64,000 nt of DNA, taken from Cenococcum geophilum (Eukaryota). The stretch's first letter is position 1, and each line of letters opens with the position of its first letter. A model generated the notes under the pieces. That model ran no database searches. It worked only from the letters and a program-made list of their open reading frames with translations, and was not told the DNA's origin. The position numbers and the translations under genes are program-made. Shown piece by piece: positions 51,889-62,639 of the stretch. The DNA lies in contig CP158635.1 in assembly GCA_050273025.1 (NCBI GenBank), positions 17,794,001-17,858,000 of the forward strand. The letters are read 5' to 3'.

Positions 51889-54800
51889 TAAATCTAGTTC
51901 CTTAAAGACTAGCTAAGGTAGAACGCGAATATTAATCCTAATGCGCTAGCGATAGGTGTCTAACTAAAGGCAGCTTCTATAAAGCTTGTAAAGGGTAATA
52001 ACGCTAAAAGTAAAGAGGAACTTAGTAAGTCCTGGGAAGATGTATACTAAGTAAAGTTAATATATATTAATTTAGTAGGGGCCGTAACCTAGTTATAGCC
52101 TACGCTATAGGTATATAATCTTAGGAGACCATAAGGGGAAGTAAGGGTAATAAAATAGCCTCTAGAACTATCTGGTCCGCGACTAGCAATGGTTTAAAAT
52201 ATATAACCAGGAGGACATATCCAAATTGCACTACGGCCCTAGTAGTAGGCTCCTTTACTACCGTTAAGCGGTAATAGGGGTGATAAAATAAATTATACCG
52301 AATAGCTAAGATAGATAAAGTAAATAGCGGATATAATAACGATAGTTAAAGTATTACGACTAAAGCTAGTTAGGATAATGGATATACTAAAAGGAAACGT
52401 CCTAAGCCCAACCGTGATGGCGGATAAGATCTTGTTAAAACTATTAAAGTTACTGTTAGTAACTGCCTTATGTATATACCTAAAGTTATAAGGTTATTCT
52501 TTAAGCCTCTTTCGCTACCCCTTATAAAGCCTTACTAATAGAAGTAGGAGGACGTTAAGGCATTTATATTGTTAGTATACCTAACGTTCCATGCTAATTA
52601 AGCCGGTATAACGACTGCTAAAGTGGACCAGATTAAATAAGAAGTAGGATTTATCTAGTTTCGAAGGCGGTGCCTAAAGGTAGAAGCGCAGATAGGAGAC
52701 AGAAGAGCTAAATGATTAATTAATTTTAGAGCTAAGCTTAATCTTATTAAGGAAAGCGTAGCCCTATAACACAGCCTACTAATATTAAGTCTGCCTTTAT
52801 AGTTATAAGGCGTGTGTCTAACGTTTATAAATAAAACTTAGTCTAAGTTCATTAGGCTAGTATATACGGTCCCTATAGTAATAGGTGACGTCTTAATATC
52901 TACGACGTTTATTGCTATAGGGGAAATGTTATATAAGGTAATACTTAGTAAGCTATAGTTAGTAAGGGCTAGACTAGTAACGAAACGAACCGCAATAGGT
53001 TAGGTATCTTATATTATTTAATTAAAAGATAGTAGAGTCAAAATAAGGTTTTTAATATCCTATAAGGATGCGATATTCTTTAAACTAAATAAAGGTATTA
53101 GTATAGAAAATAGTTTAGGAAACGTATAGCCGGTGCGACTATTAAGATTATATCTGGGGTTACTTATAACCCAGCGTATTAGAATAAAAAGGATATTAAG
53201 AATAAAAAGGAGGGAAATAAGGTACGGCTCTAATATAGACGTATACCGTTTTAGATATCTACTAGATAGAGCTATTAGTAGGGAGAGGAGCATAATATTA
53301 GATAAAGAGAGCTCGATAGTAAAATATTAAAGGAAGTCCTAAAGAAACACTTAAGGAAGAATTAGAAGCTAGTATTTAAAGTAAAAGCTAAGTCCCTTAT
53401 ATATTAAATATTGAAGATAATAAATCTATTTATAATATAAATAAAAAGCTGCCGGAGTAAGGCCTAACTAAATACTATAAATGTAGTAACTACGTATAAA
53501 TAGAAGGTAGACAAAGTCTACCTAGTTAATTTATTAGCACTAAATGGAACAGTTATAGGAGGCATAGTAGAATAGCGAGAGGTAGCCTTATGTTAACAGA
53601 AGGCGTCTATCTAAGGATTACCTCTTAGGCCGTATAATTATTTTCTTAAGCCGCAATATACTAAGCTGGCCTACGGTATATAACTAAAGCTAGAATAATT
53701 AGAGCGTATAATTATAGGAGATATTTAGCCAAGAGAACGAGAGATCCTTAAGGCCATATTATTTAACTGGGAAGAGGCTCTAGTATAGGAGTTCTCTAAG
53801 ATAGGTTACGTTAGTAAAGACGTAACTCTACTACTAAAGATTAAAACTGTGCTGTATAAAGTATAGTAAGTGCCGAACTTTTTAGTACCTAGGGCCCTAT
53901 AAGGAGAAGTAATAAATATATTATAAGAATAACTAGCTTAAGGGACTCTAGAATATTACGAAAGCCTATATAGAAATCTATAGTTTTTTATAAGTAAGAA
54001 GGAATGTAATAAGTACTAACTAATTAACGCGGCGATAAATATTAACTAAGTAACTATTAGGGACGCAAATCTGCCGCTATATACTAATGAATTTTCTAAG
54101 GAGTTTGCGGGGTATAAGGTTATATCTCTAGTGGACTTCTTTTCTAGCTATAACTAATTAGAGCTAGATATAAAAAGCCAGAACCTAATAGCTTTTATAA
54201 CACCTTTAGGACTTCTATAATAAATAATAGTACCTATAAAAAGCATGAATTCCGTAGCCTAGTTTGTGCGGACAATTACTAAAATCTTAGAACGACATAT
54301 CTTATACTATACCCTGCCATTTCTAGATAATATTATAGTAAAAGGCCTATAGATAGTATATAATGGGGAGGAAAGCCTTCTAGGTATACGTAGATATATT
54401 CTAGAATATATTATATAGCTAAACGGAGTACTTATAGATTTAGAACAAGCTAGGTATACAATCTTAGGCGTAAAGTCTCATTTCTATAAAGATAAGATTA
54501 TAGTGGTTGGCTACCGCTATAATAGAAAAGGACGATATCTAGAAGAGTTAAAGGTCGTAAAGATTATTTACTAGAAAGACTGTGAAGATATTACATCGGC
54601 CTAAGCGTTCTTAGGAGTTATCGTATATTACTAAATATAAGTAAAAGACTTTGTAATTAAGGCAGAGCTAATCTTCCAACTACTATAAGTAAACGTTCCG
54701 TTTATATAGGGTATAGAGTAAATAGCCGCTATAAAGACTCTAAAGTATGCAGTTACTACTACACCTATATTAGTTTAGCTGGATTATAGTAAAGGGACTA

Positions 54801-56740
54801 AGCTAATTATTCTCGCTATTAATAGATATAAGAATGGATGGGGGTGTAGCCTTATATAACTAAACGTGCAAGGTTATTATTACCTATATTAATATAAAAG
54901 CGGTATTTAGTCTTAGGCGGAGCAGAAATATAACTTAGAAAAGCTTAAATATTAGGTATTATTATATACGTTAAAGAAGTGTCGCGTATACCTATACGGC
55001 GTTTACTTTATAGTGGAGATGGATATAAATACCCTAGTTATATAACTAAATTATACCGCCACTAATTTACCTAGAGCCTTAATAATAAGATAGCTAGCAT
55101 AGATCTAGCTATAGGACTTTAATATTAGATATATGCTAAAAAAGAAGAATAGCCTAGCTAACAGACTTTCGCGATAACTACTAGATGGTAAACGACCTAA
55201 TAAGCCAACTAAGGATATTAAAGAGTTTATTAACTGTAAGCTAAGTGCTTTAGAATATATAGCTAGCCTAGTTAAAATGGAGGTAAATCTACTACTAGAA
55301 GACTTGTATTTAGGGGAGTTTTAGAAGATTATAAAATGGCTAGTAACCTTATAATGTCTAAAAGAAATAAATACCAAAGAATTTAAAAAGTTTAAATAAT
55401 ATACGCTGAAATTCCTAGTGTGTAATTAACAGCTCTTTTACTAATAGTTAAAAAATGTACTAATATAAAGGGTAGTTAATAATAAGGACGCTTAGCAGGA
55501 GATTATTAAAAGCCTTTATAATTAAAGTAGATATTATAAATAAGAGGGAACGTATTAAAGGATTTTAAATTAATATTAGTGGCTAGGGCTATAAGATTAG
55601 ATATTATAGTATATTAAATTATATTTATAATGCTAGGAATAATAGCTAGGATAGGAAGAAGAAGTAATATACCCTATATAGGAGTCCACCTTATAGTAAT
55701 AAGTAGCAGTAAATATTACGTTTATATCTCTAAGCCGTCTTAAATTCTAGTACCTAGCTATTACTTAAGAATATATATCTAGATAGGTAAAAGCTCGGGC
55801 CCTTTAAAATAAGGATATAAAAAGTATAGCGAAGTTCCTCTATAAAGATATTATTTACTAATAGGGAGCATTTGGATAGCTCTTTATAGATAGTAGAGGA
55901 GAGAATACTAACGTTACTGCTACACTTGTAGAGCTCTATAATATTAAGAGGGTTATAGCTTCCGCTTACCACACTTAGGTATAAGGCTTTATAGAGTAAG
56001 GCCACAAACCTATAATAGACGCTTTGGCGAAGATAGATAGCTTATAGCTAAATAATCTTTATATTATTTTATAGGCAGATAAGATAACTATTAAGCGGCC
56101 TACGGAAATAACACCAGTAAGAGTTATATGCGGATATAAGCATATCCTTCCTATTAAACTCTATATACCTACTTAGCAGATACTGCCTTAGTAAATAGTC
56201 TGGACTACTATAGAGCTACTAGCACTTTATATAAAGCAGTTTAACCAAAAAGATATAGATATAAAAGAGGCTATTATATATATAAGACAACTAAGGGTAG
56301 TAAATAAGGAGTACTTTAATAATACCTACCATATTTACTAGGACGGATTTAAGGTTAGAGATATAGTTATACTTTATAATATACAGCTTAAGTAAAACTA
56401 TTCTAGCAGTTATAAGTTAGATCTAAAATAGCTAGGCCCGTTCCGCGTATATAAGAGTCACCCTTATAAAGGATAGTACTTAATTAAGGATCTTAATAGT
56501 ATACCGTTCCGTAATTAAACTCCAGAAAATAGATTAAAGAGGTTCTATTAATAATAGATATCTAAAGTCCACTAGGAAGACCGGCTCGACCAATTAGGCG
56601 AAACTATACTATAAGAAATAATAGCAGAGCTAGAGTCTAAGAAAGACATACAAAATCCACCAGTATCGCAACGCCGCGTAGTTTAAGAAGTGCGTATTCT
56701 AGAAAGATCGTTTAATAGAACTAAGTACGAAACATTTAAC
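51889..56740 (+). pseudogene. Gypsy C gag end, protease, RT, RNase H and integrase
   Basis: Motifs are LI(DSG)A(E)LNLI (~52716), DFFS(G)Y(DQ), PFLD(D)I.VK, Y(DSG)KL(EC), NSLA(DG)LSR and integrase .ERGHKP (~55995). Confidence 0.9.
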
Positions 56741-57185
56741 TAGGGGACAGTTAAGTTCTACGGTGGGGGAGGGGATATAAATAACAGCCGTGCAATCCTT
56801 TTATTTGCCGTATTTCCTAAAGCTCTTTCTATTACGCGTTCTTATTTACTTTTTAGTTAGGAATCTAATGCGTGTTAACAGTAAGGTAAGGGTAAAAGAA
56901 TGTTTACGAATAACTATCTAGTATTATTTACTGCAAAGATATTAGTTCTGCTTACCGCCTTTACTAAGCTAATAGCGATTTTCTATACCGGGTATAGAAA
57001 ATTATAATTAGTCCATTTAATAATTAGAGCTAGTAGAACTCCATACCGCCACTAAATTCGGTAGACTATTTAGATTAGGAAACCCTATTTAGAACTTTAC
57101 CTTTTTGCCTTTAATAAACCTTAAAGATAGTTATAATTAGCTAAAGTATAAACTAAGCAGAATTAAGAATAATAATATACTTATT

Positions 57186-58984
57186 ATATCTTTATCTAGT
57201 AGACTACTAGTTCTCTATAAAGGAGCTAAGTAATAGATTAATAACGTCCTAACGAAAGTCAGAGGCTTCGCGGTTAATTAGCATTAAGTAGTGCTTATCT
57301 AAATCTGTAACGAGATTTTACTTTTACGAGAAAACTACGTAAATGCGGCTAGTGTAGTAATTAATTTTATTAACTAAGATAACGGACTATAAGTATCTCT
57401 AGGAAAGGACGCATTTATATTAATCTTTAAGGATATCTCTAACGTTAGTAAAATAGCTAAAGATTAAAGAAACCGATATAATAAAGCTAGAGAAACTATC
57501 TAAAAGGCCTAAAGATAAGATATTCTTAACGGACTACTAAAATACATAGTCTCCTATAACTTCCTCTCCGCCATCTAAAAGCTCGCAATATACCCACTTC
57601 CTAAAGTCATAGTAAGAGTTAATAAAGCTCTAATTAATAGGCTCGAATATCTAGAACGTGGCATTAAGAACACTACTTAACTACAGCTAACTAATTTTAC
57701 GCTCGCATTTAAGATGTTAGGAAGGGCAATATTAAACTAGGTAGTAAATAAGTATAGTTTAGGAAGACACTTAACTAGCTTCCTTATTCTAAATAAGGAC
57801 CTACCGCTAAAAAGTAGGAGACTAACTACTGTGGGACTAGAGGTTATTAATATTAAAATTAGATAAGTAGGAGAGAGCTTAGCTCTTATACTATAAATAT
57901 ATTTATAGTATACTTCTAACGTAATAAATCCCTTAGCCTTTTAGCTATTAACACCTGTTTAAGGAGGAGGCGTTAGTATTATACCAAGTCCGTCCTAATA
58001 AGGATCGCCTATATTAGTTAACTCGCCTTTATTATCTATAAATAAGAGCATTCTCGCAGCTAGAATGCCTGTTAGCTCGCCCCCGTGGCTACTAGTATCT
58101 TTATTAAAAAAGAATCTAAACAGGGGGCTAACGATTACTTACCCGGAAGTAGGAGGGCTAAGAGTAGAATTAATATTTAATAAGAATATTATTAAGCTGG
58201 GAGATAATATGGAGTATATTAAGGAGGCTGTAGATACTATAGCGGTACTTTATATAAAATAAGGATGCGACTATAAGGATAATATACTAGCGTATCTTAA
58301 GGTATCTCTAAATTAAACTACTAAAATTAAACTAATAGAGGCTATAAAGCTTTTACGCAGCTAGTATAGAGCAGCTAGTTCTAATCTAAAGATATATAAG
58401 GTTTGCTAGATATATACTTAAGCAATAGGAGGACGTATAGGTTTAGCAATAAAAGGTTTAAACTATACCGCACTGTATTATAGACTCCGTTTAATATATT
58501 ACGCTTATAACTACCTCGGCACTATAAAAACTAATCCTATTATATACTCTTAGTTTAGAAAGGCTTATAGACCTCTAGTTCCGTTTAATTCCTTAAAACT
58601 ATATAAGTTTATTTATAACTTAGCGCTAAGGTTTTCCTATAATAGAGAGGCTTTGCTTAATCGAATGATATTACTAAAAAACTAAGAAATATAGTAGTGA
58701 GAAGAATTCGTAATTTTAAACGTATTTAGATGGTAGTGGGATTCTAGTATCTTAATAATAATTAATAAGGAAATGCGTATATACCGTTATTATTAGCGTT
58801 TAATTAATAGGCAGCTAAATTATAACTAGTTAAAAATAATAGTCTACGGTCTTTACTAATAGCTAATAAGATAGGATCTTTAGTATTATCGTCTCTATTA
58901 TGCTCTTAGGCCTAATAGTTAATAGCGACTTATTTCTTACCCTTATTATACAAAATTCGCGGCTAAAGGAGACTCTACAGCGTT
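57186..58984 (+). pseudogene. Gypsy C accessory gene, 5' part of a 2OG-Fe(II) dioxygenase-like protein
   Basis: One frame (including ORF 58065-58262) is broken only by RIP-type stops. It ends ...(QQ)L.R(Q)D..YYRLY.ALRP(D)...RLISYPYYTKFAA.GDSTAF. Confidence 0.75.
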
Positions 58985-59057
58985 CATCGGGAAAATATTC
59001 GCAGGATGAGATTTAAGTAGACTTTGATTTTCGCGTTTCGCGTAATTAATATACAAT

Positions 59058-59290
59058 TTAACCAACTCGACACGCAATTAACTAACTTAACACGCATTTA
59101 ACTAACTTAACACGCAATTTAACCAACTTAATACGCAATTAACTAACTTAACACGCAATTTAACTAACTTAATATGTAATTAACTAACTTAATACGTAAA
59201 TTTAACTAACTTAATACGCAATTAACTAACTTAATACGTAATTTAACTAACTTAATACGTAATTAATACGCAATTAACTAACTTAATATA
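59058..59290. repeat. 20-21-bp subterminal array (TTAACTAACTTAACACGCAA)
   Basis: Directly visible, about 11 copies. Confidence 0.9.
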
Positions 59291-59449
59291 TTTAAAAGTT
59301 AAATAATACGCAGTTAACCTACTTAGCAACTTTAAAAGGTAACTATATATTTCTTAACATGTAATTAAGGTAAAGTTATATACTATATATTTAACTATTA
59401 TATATTATCTAATATAATCTTATACAATCTTATATAGTCTTATTACTTA

Positions 59450-59865
59450 GAGGCTCTGCACAAGGCTCTGCACGAGGCTCTACACGAAGCTCTACACGAA
59501 GCTCTGCGCATAGAGGCTCTGCACGAAGCTCTGCACGAAGCTCTGCACGAAGCTCTGCACGAAGCTCTGCACGAAGCTCTACGTACAGAGGCTCTGCACG
59601 AGGCTCTACGCGAGGCTCTGCGTACGGAGGCTCTGCACGAAGCTCTGCACGAAGCTCTGCACGAGGCTCTGCGCGAAGCTCTGCGTACGGAGGCTCTACA
59701 CGAAGCTCTGCACGAGGCTCTACGCGAAGCTCTGCATACGGAGGCTCTACACGAAGCTCTACACAAAGCTCTATACGAAGCTCTACGTACAGAGGCTCTG
59801 CATAAGGCTCTGCGCGAAGCTCTGCGTAAAGCTCTGCGTACAGAGGCTCTACACGAAGCTCTATA
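59450..59865. repeat. 12/14-bp array (GAAGCTCTGCAC)n
   Basis: Same unit as 31740-32390. Confidence 0.93.
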
Positions 59866-59989
59866 TCGGGTCCCTGCTATATTCCCAATAGCGTCTACAC
59901 GTGTCTCTGCCTATATAGCCGCCTTATTTTTTACCCTTCTTTCCTTCCTTACATCCTCCCTACCTAGGGAGGCACTAGAACGGCAGCTA

Positions 59990-60575
59990 GCAGAGGACCG
60001 TTGCTAGAACTAGATAACTATCGCTAGAACTAGATAACCGTCGCCAGAACTAGACAATCGTTACTAGAACCAGACAACCGTTACCAAAACCAGACAACCG
60101 TCGCCAGAGCTAGACGACCGTCGCTAGAACTAGACGACCGTTATTAGAGCCAGACGACTATCGCCAGAGCTAGATAACTATTACTAAAACCAGACAACCG
60201 TCGCTAGAACCAGACGACCGTCGCTAGAACTAGACAACCGTCGCTAGAACCAGATGACCGTCGCCAGAACTAGACGATTGTCGCCAAAACTAGACGACTA
60301 TCGCTAAAGCTAGACAACTGTCGCTAGAACCAGACAACCGTCGCTAGAACTAGATAACCGTTACTAGAACTAGACAACCGTTACTAAAACTAGACGACCG
60401 TCGCTAGAACTAGACAACCGTCTTTAGAGTTAGACGACTATTGCTAAAACTAGACAACTATTGCTAGAGCTAGACAACCATCGCTAGAACCAGACAACCG
60501 TTACTAGAACTAGATAATTATCTCTAGAGTTAGACGACTATCGCTAGAACTAGATAACTATCGCTAGAGCTAGAT
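59990..60575. repeat. 20-bp tandem array (~CCAGACGACCGTCGCCAGAA), about 29 copies, no spacers
   Basis: The 20-bp period is strict, and copies vary mostly by transitions. Confidence 0.95.
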
Positions 60576-60639
60576 AATAACGACTAGCTAGCGAATACTA
60601 TAAACGATTCGATTAATTAATTAAATTAAGGTAGTATAG

Positions 60640-60927
60640 ATAGGTAGGTATAAACAAGGAGATACTAATGGGTAGGTAGATGCAGATAGGTAGGTAGATA
60701 TAGATAGGTAAGTAGATGTAGATAGGTAAGTAGATATAGATAGGTAGGCGATGCAGATAGGTAGGTAATATAGATAGGTAGGTAAATATAAATAGGTAAG
60801 TAAATATAGATAGGTAAGCAGATATAGATAGGTAAGTAGATATAGATAGGTAGGCGATATAGATAGGTAGGCAATGTAGATAGGTAGGCAATGTAGGTAG
60901 GTAGGTAAGTTAATAGGTAGATAGGTA
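60640..60927. repeat. TAGG/TAGA-based 18-bp compound microsatellite
   Basis: Directly visible. Confidence 0.9.
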
Positions 60928-61249
60928 AAAGAGAACCATCGCTATATTATATTAAATTATCTAAAATAATAATATTTATTTTGCTAGCCTTATAAATAGC
61001 TTTAAAGTAGCTTTTATTTATTTAAAATATGCTATTAGTATAAAAGAGGTAAATATAATTATAGTTACCAAATACGTAGATTACTGGCAGGTTGCGCGTA
61101 GGTTGCGCGCAGGCTACGCGTAGGCTGCGTGTTAAAAAAACATAACATAGGCTAGTCGGTCGAGTTGCCAAATGACCTCAACTGCGCGCCAATTGCGTCA
61201 ACCACCAGCCATTGAGGCCATTGAAAGGGTACTATATTTTCCCGATGTT

Positions 61250-62300
61250 CCGCCATATTAACGTTAATATTCCCTTGCTTCTTAAAAGTAGACGTAATAC
61301 TAATATAATTTAAGAAAGCGTTTCTCTAGATAATAAGACTAAGGATAACTATACAATTATCCTATCCGGTATATATTATTACTTAAAATTATAGTAGGCA
61401 GATTTAAAGCGCGAGGATTAACTAAGGGTGACGGATTTATGCATAAAATCTTAGACTATAACTAGACCGTTAAGGATGTAGAGAAATATGCGACCGACTA
61501 GGTAGCTTAGCTATATAAGAAAGGAGATATACGTATAACTATGCCTTACCTTCCTTATAGAGTAAAAGGACCTTTAACTAGGACCTAGCGAATAATACTA
61601 CTATAGTTTATTAGTATTTAGGACGATTATAATAACCTTAAGGTTACGGAAGGAGGAACCTAGGTAGAGCTAGTAGATATATACTAAGACTTAAAAGTGC
61701 CGCCCCATACGCTATCTAGATATGCTAATCTTTACGGCGTAATCCTATACCGCTTCCCTATTATAGTTGAACTTATAGCTACCAGCGCCTTATCTAACGC
61801 TTTTCTAGGTAGACGGTAATAGGATTCTCTAGCGGTAATTTAAGATTATAACCTTCTTCTTAATAGTAATAGGAATAAAGTTAGGAAATAGATGCATTTC
61901 TACCGTCTTAGGGCTGTTAAAAACTATAAGGATGTGTTTTAGCTTATACGTGCAACCGAAATAGAGCGCTTTAATAGCCGCTCGTACTTCTACTACATTA
62001 ACAATGGAATCGATCCTTTAACTATTGCAGTAGACCTAAGCAGAGTGCCCCCGGTTGTTGTAGAAGGATAGAGTTATGCGGAGCTGCCTAAAGAACTATG
62101 GGACAGAATTAAGTAAATGGAAGGACGCGAAAGAGCTACATCGTCTAAGAGCCGCTAGTTTAATGCCTCTCGTGCTGCCCCGCTAGGCGGACGCAAGCGG
62201 TCTTATTTAACCAGAACGGAGTCTCCTTACTTACCATCTCAGGTTTGTGGTAAGGGCAAGGAACGCATATAATTACCTACCGCGCCTTTATTTCAAAGAT
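61250..62300 (+). pseudogene. Gypsy C accessory gene, 3' part (double-stranded beta-helix catalytic region)
   Basis: It reads RHI(D)VNI...I(QG)SVSLD(DE)...(C)TII..G.(H)...(PC)KKGD.RITMP.LP(HG).KGP.TRT(R)R.IL.(W)F. There is one 1-bp frameshift near 61408. Confidence 0.75.
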
Positions 62301-62639
62301 AAGGAGTTTTAGAGTTTTAGAAGTCGTTAGGGGATAACGACTTAGGTAGGGGAGGTATATAGTGGTGTGATTTGGCCCTAGGATTTAATATCTAGATTAG
62401 GTATAGCTTCGGGAGAGCCTAGGCCTTCCACAAGTTATATAGATCGGTCTAAAGCCTTTAGAGTCTTCAACAACTCGGGCGACACCGACAGACACCCAAT
62501 TTTCCTATAATACACTCTTTTCTTTCTCTTCTTACTGCTTAATTCTGACTGATGGTGACTGACCAACAGACTGACCGACCGACTGACAGATAGCACTGAG
62601 ACTTTCCTATCTTAGAGAGGTCGTACCCTCCCACACTAC

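Larger units (their letters stand above)
58985..61247. mobile_element. Non-autonomous 2263-bp TIR element (CATCGGG family, 2-bp TSD; CMC/EnSpm-like)
   Basis: It has perfect 14-bp TIRs CATCGGGAAAATAT (58985-58998, 61234-61247) and TSD TT. Removing it restores the host codons GCG TTC CGC CAT in frame. Confidence 0.9.
37116..62635 (+). mobile_element. Gypsy C, a long LTR retrotransposon with an accessory 3' gene; hosts Gypsy B and a TIR element
   Basis: It has 278-bp LTRs at 37116-37393 and 62358-62635, a 4-bp TSD CTGC/CTAC (one RIP transition) and a PPT AGGTAGGGGAGG at ~62344. Confidence 0.93.

Noticed and set aside
59990..60575. CRISPR-like array
   Set aside because: The 20-bp units are head-to-tail with no unique spacers, there are no cas genes, and the context is eukaryotic.
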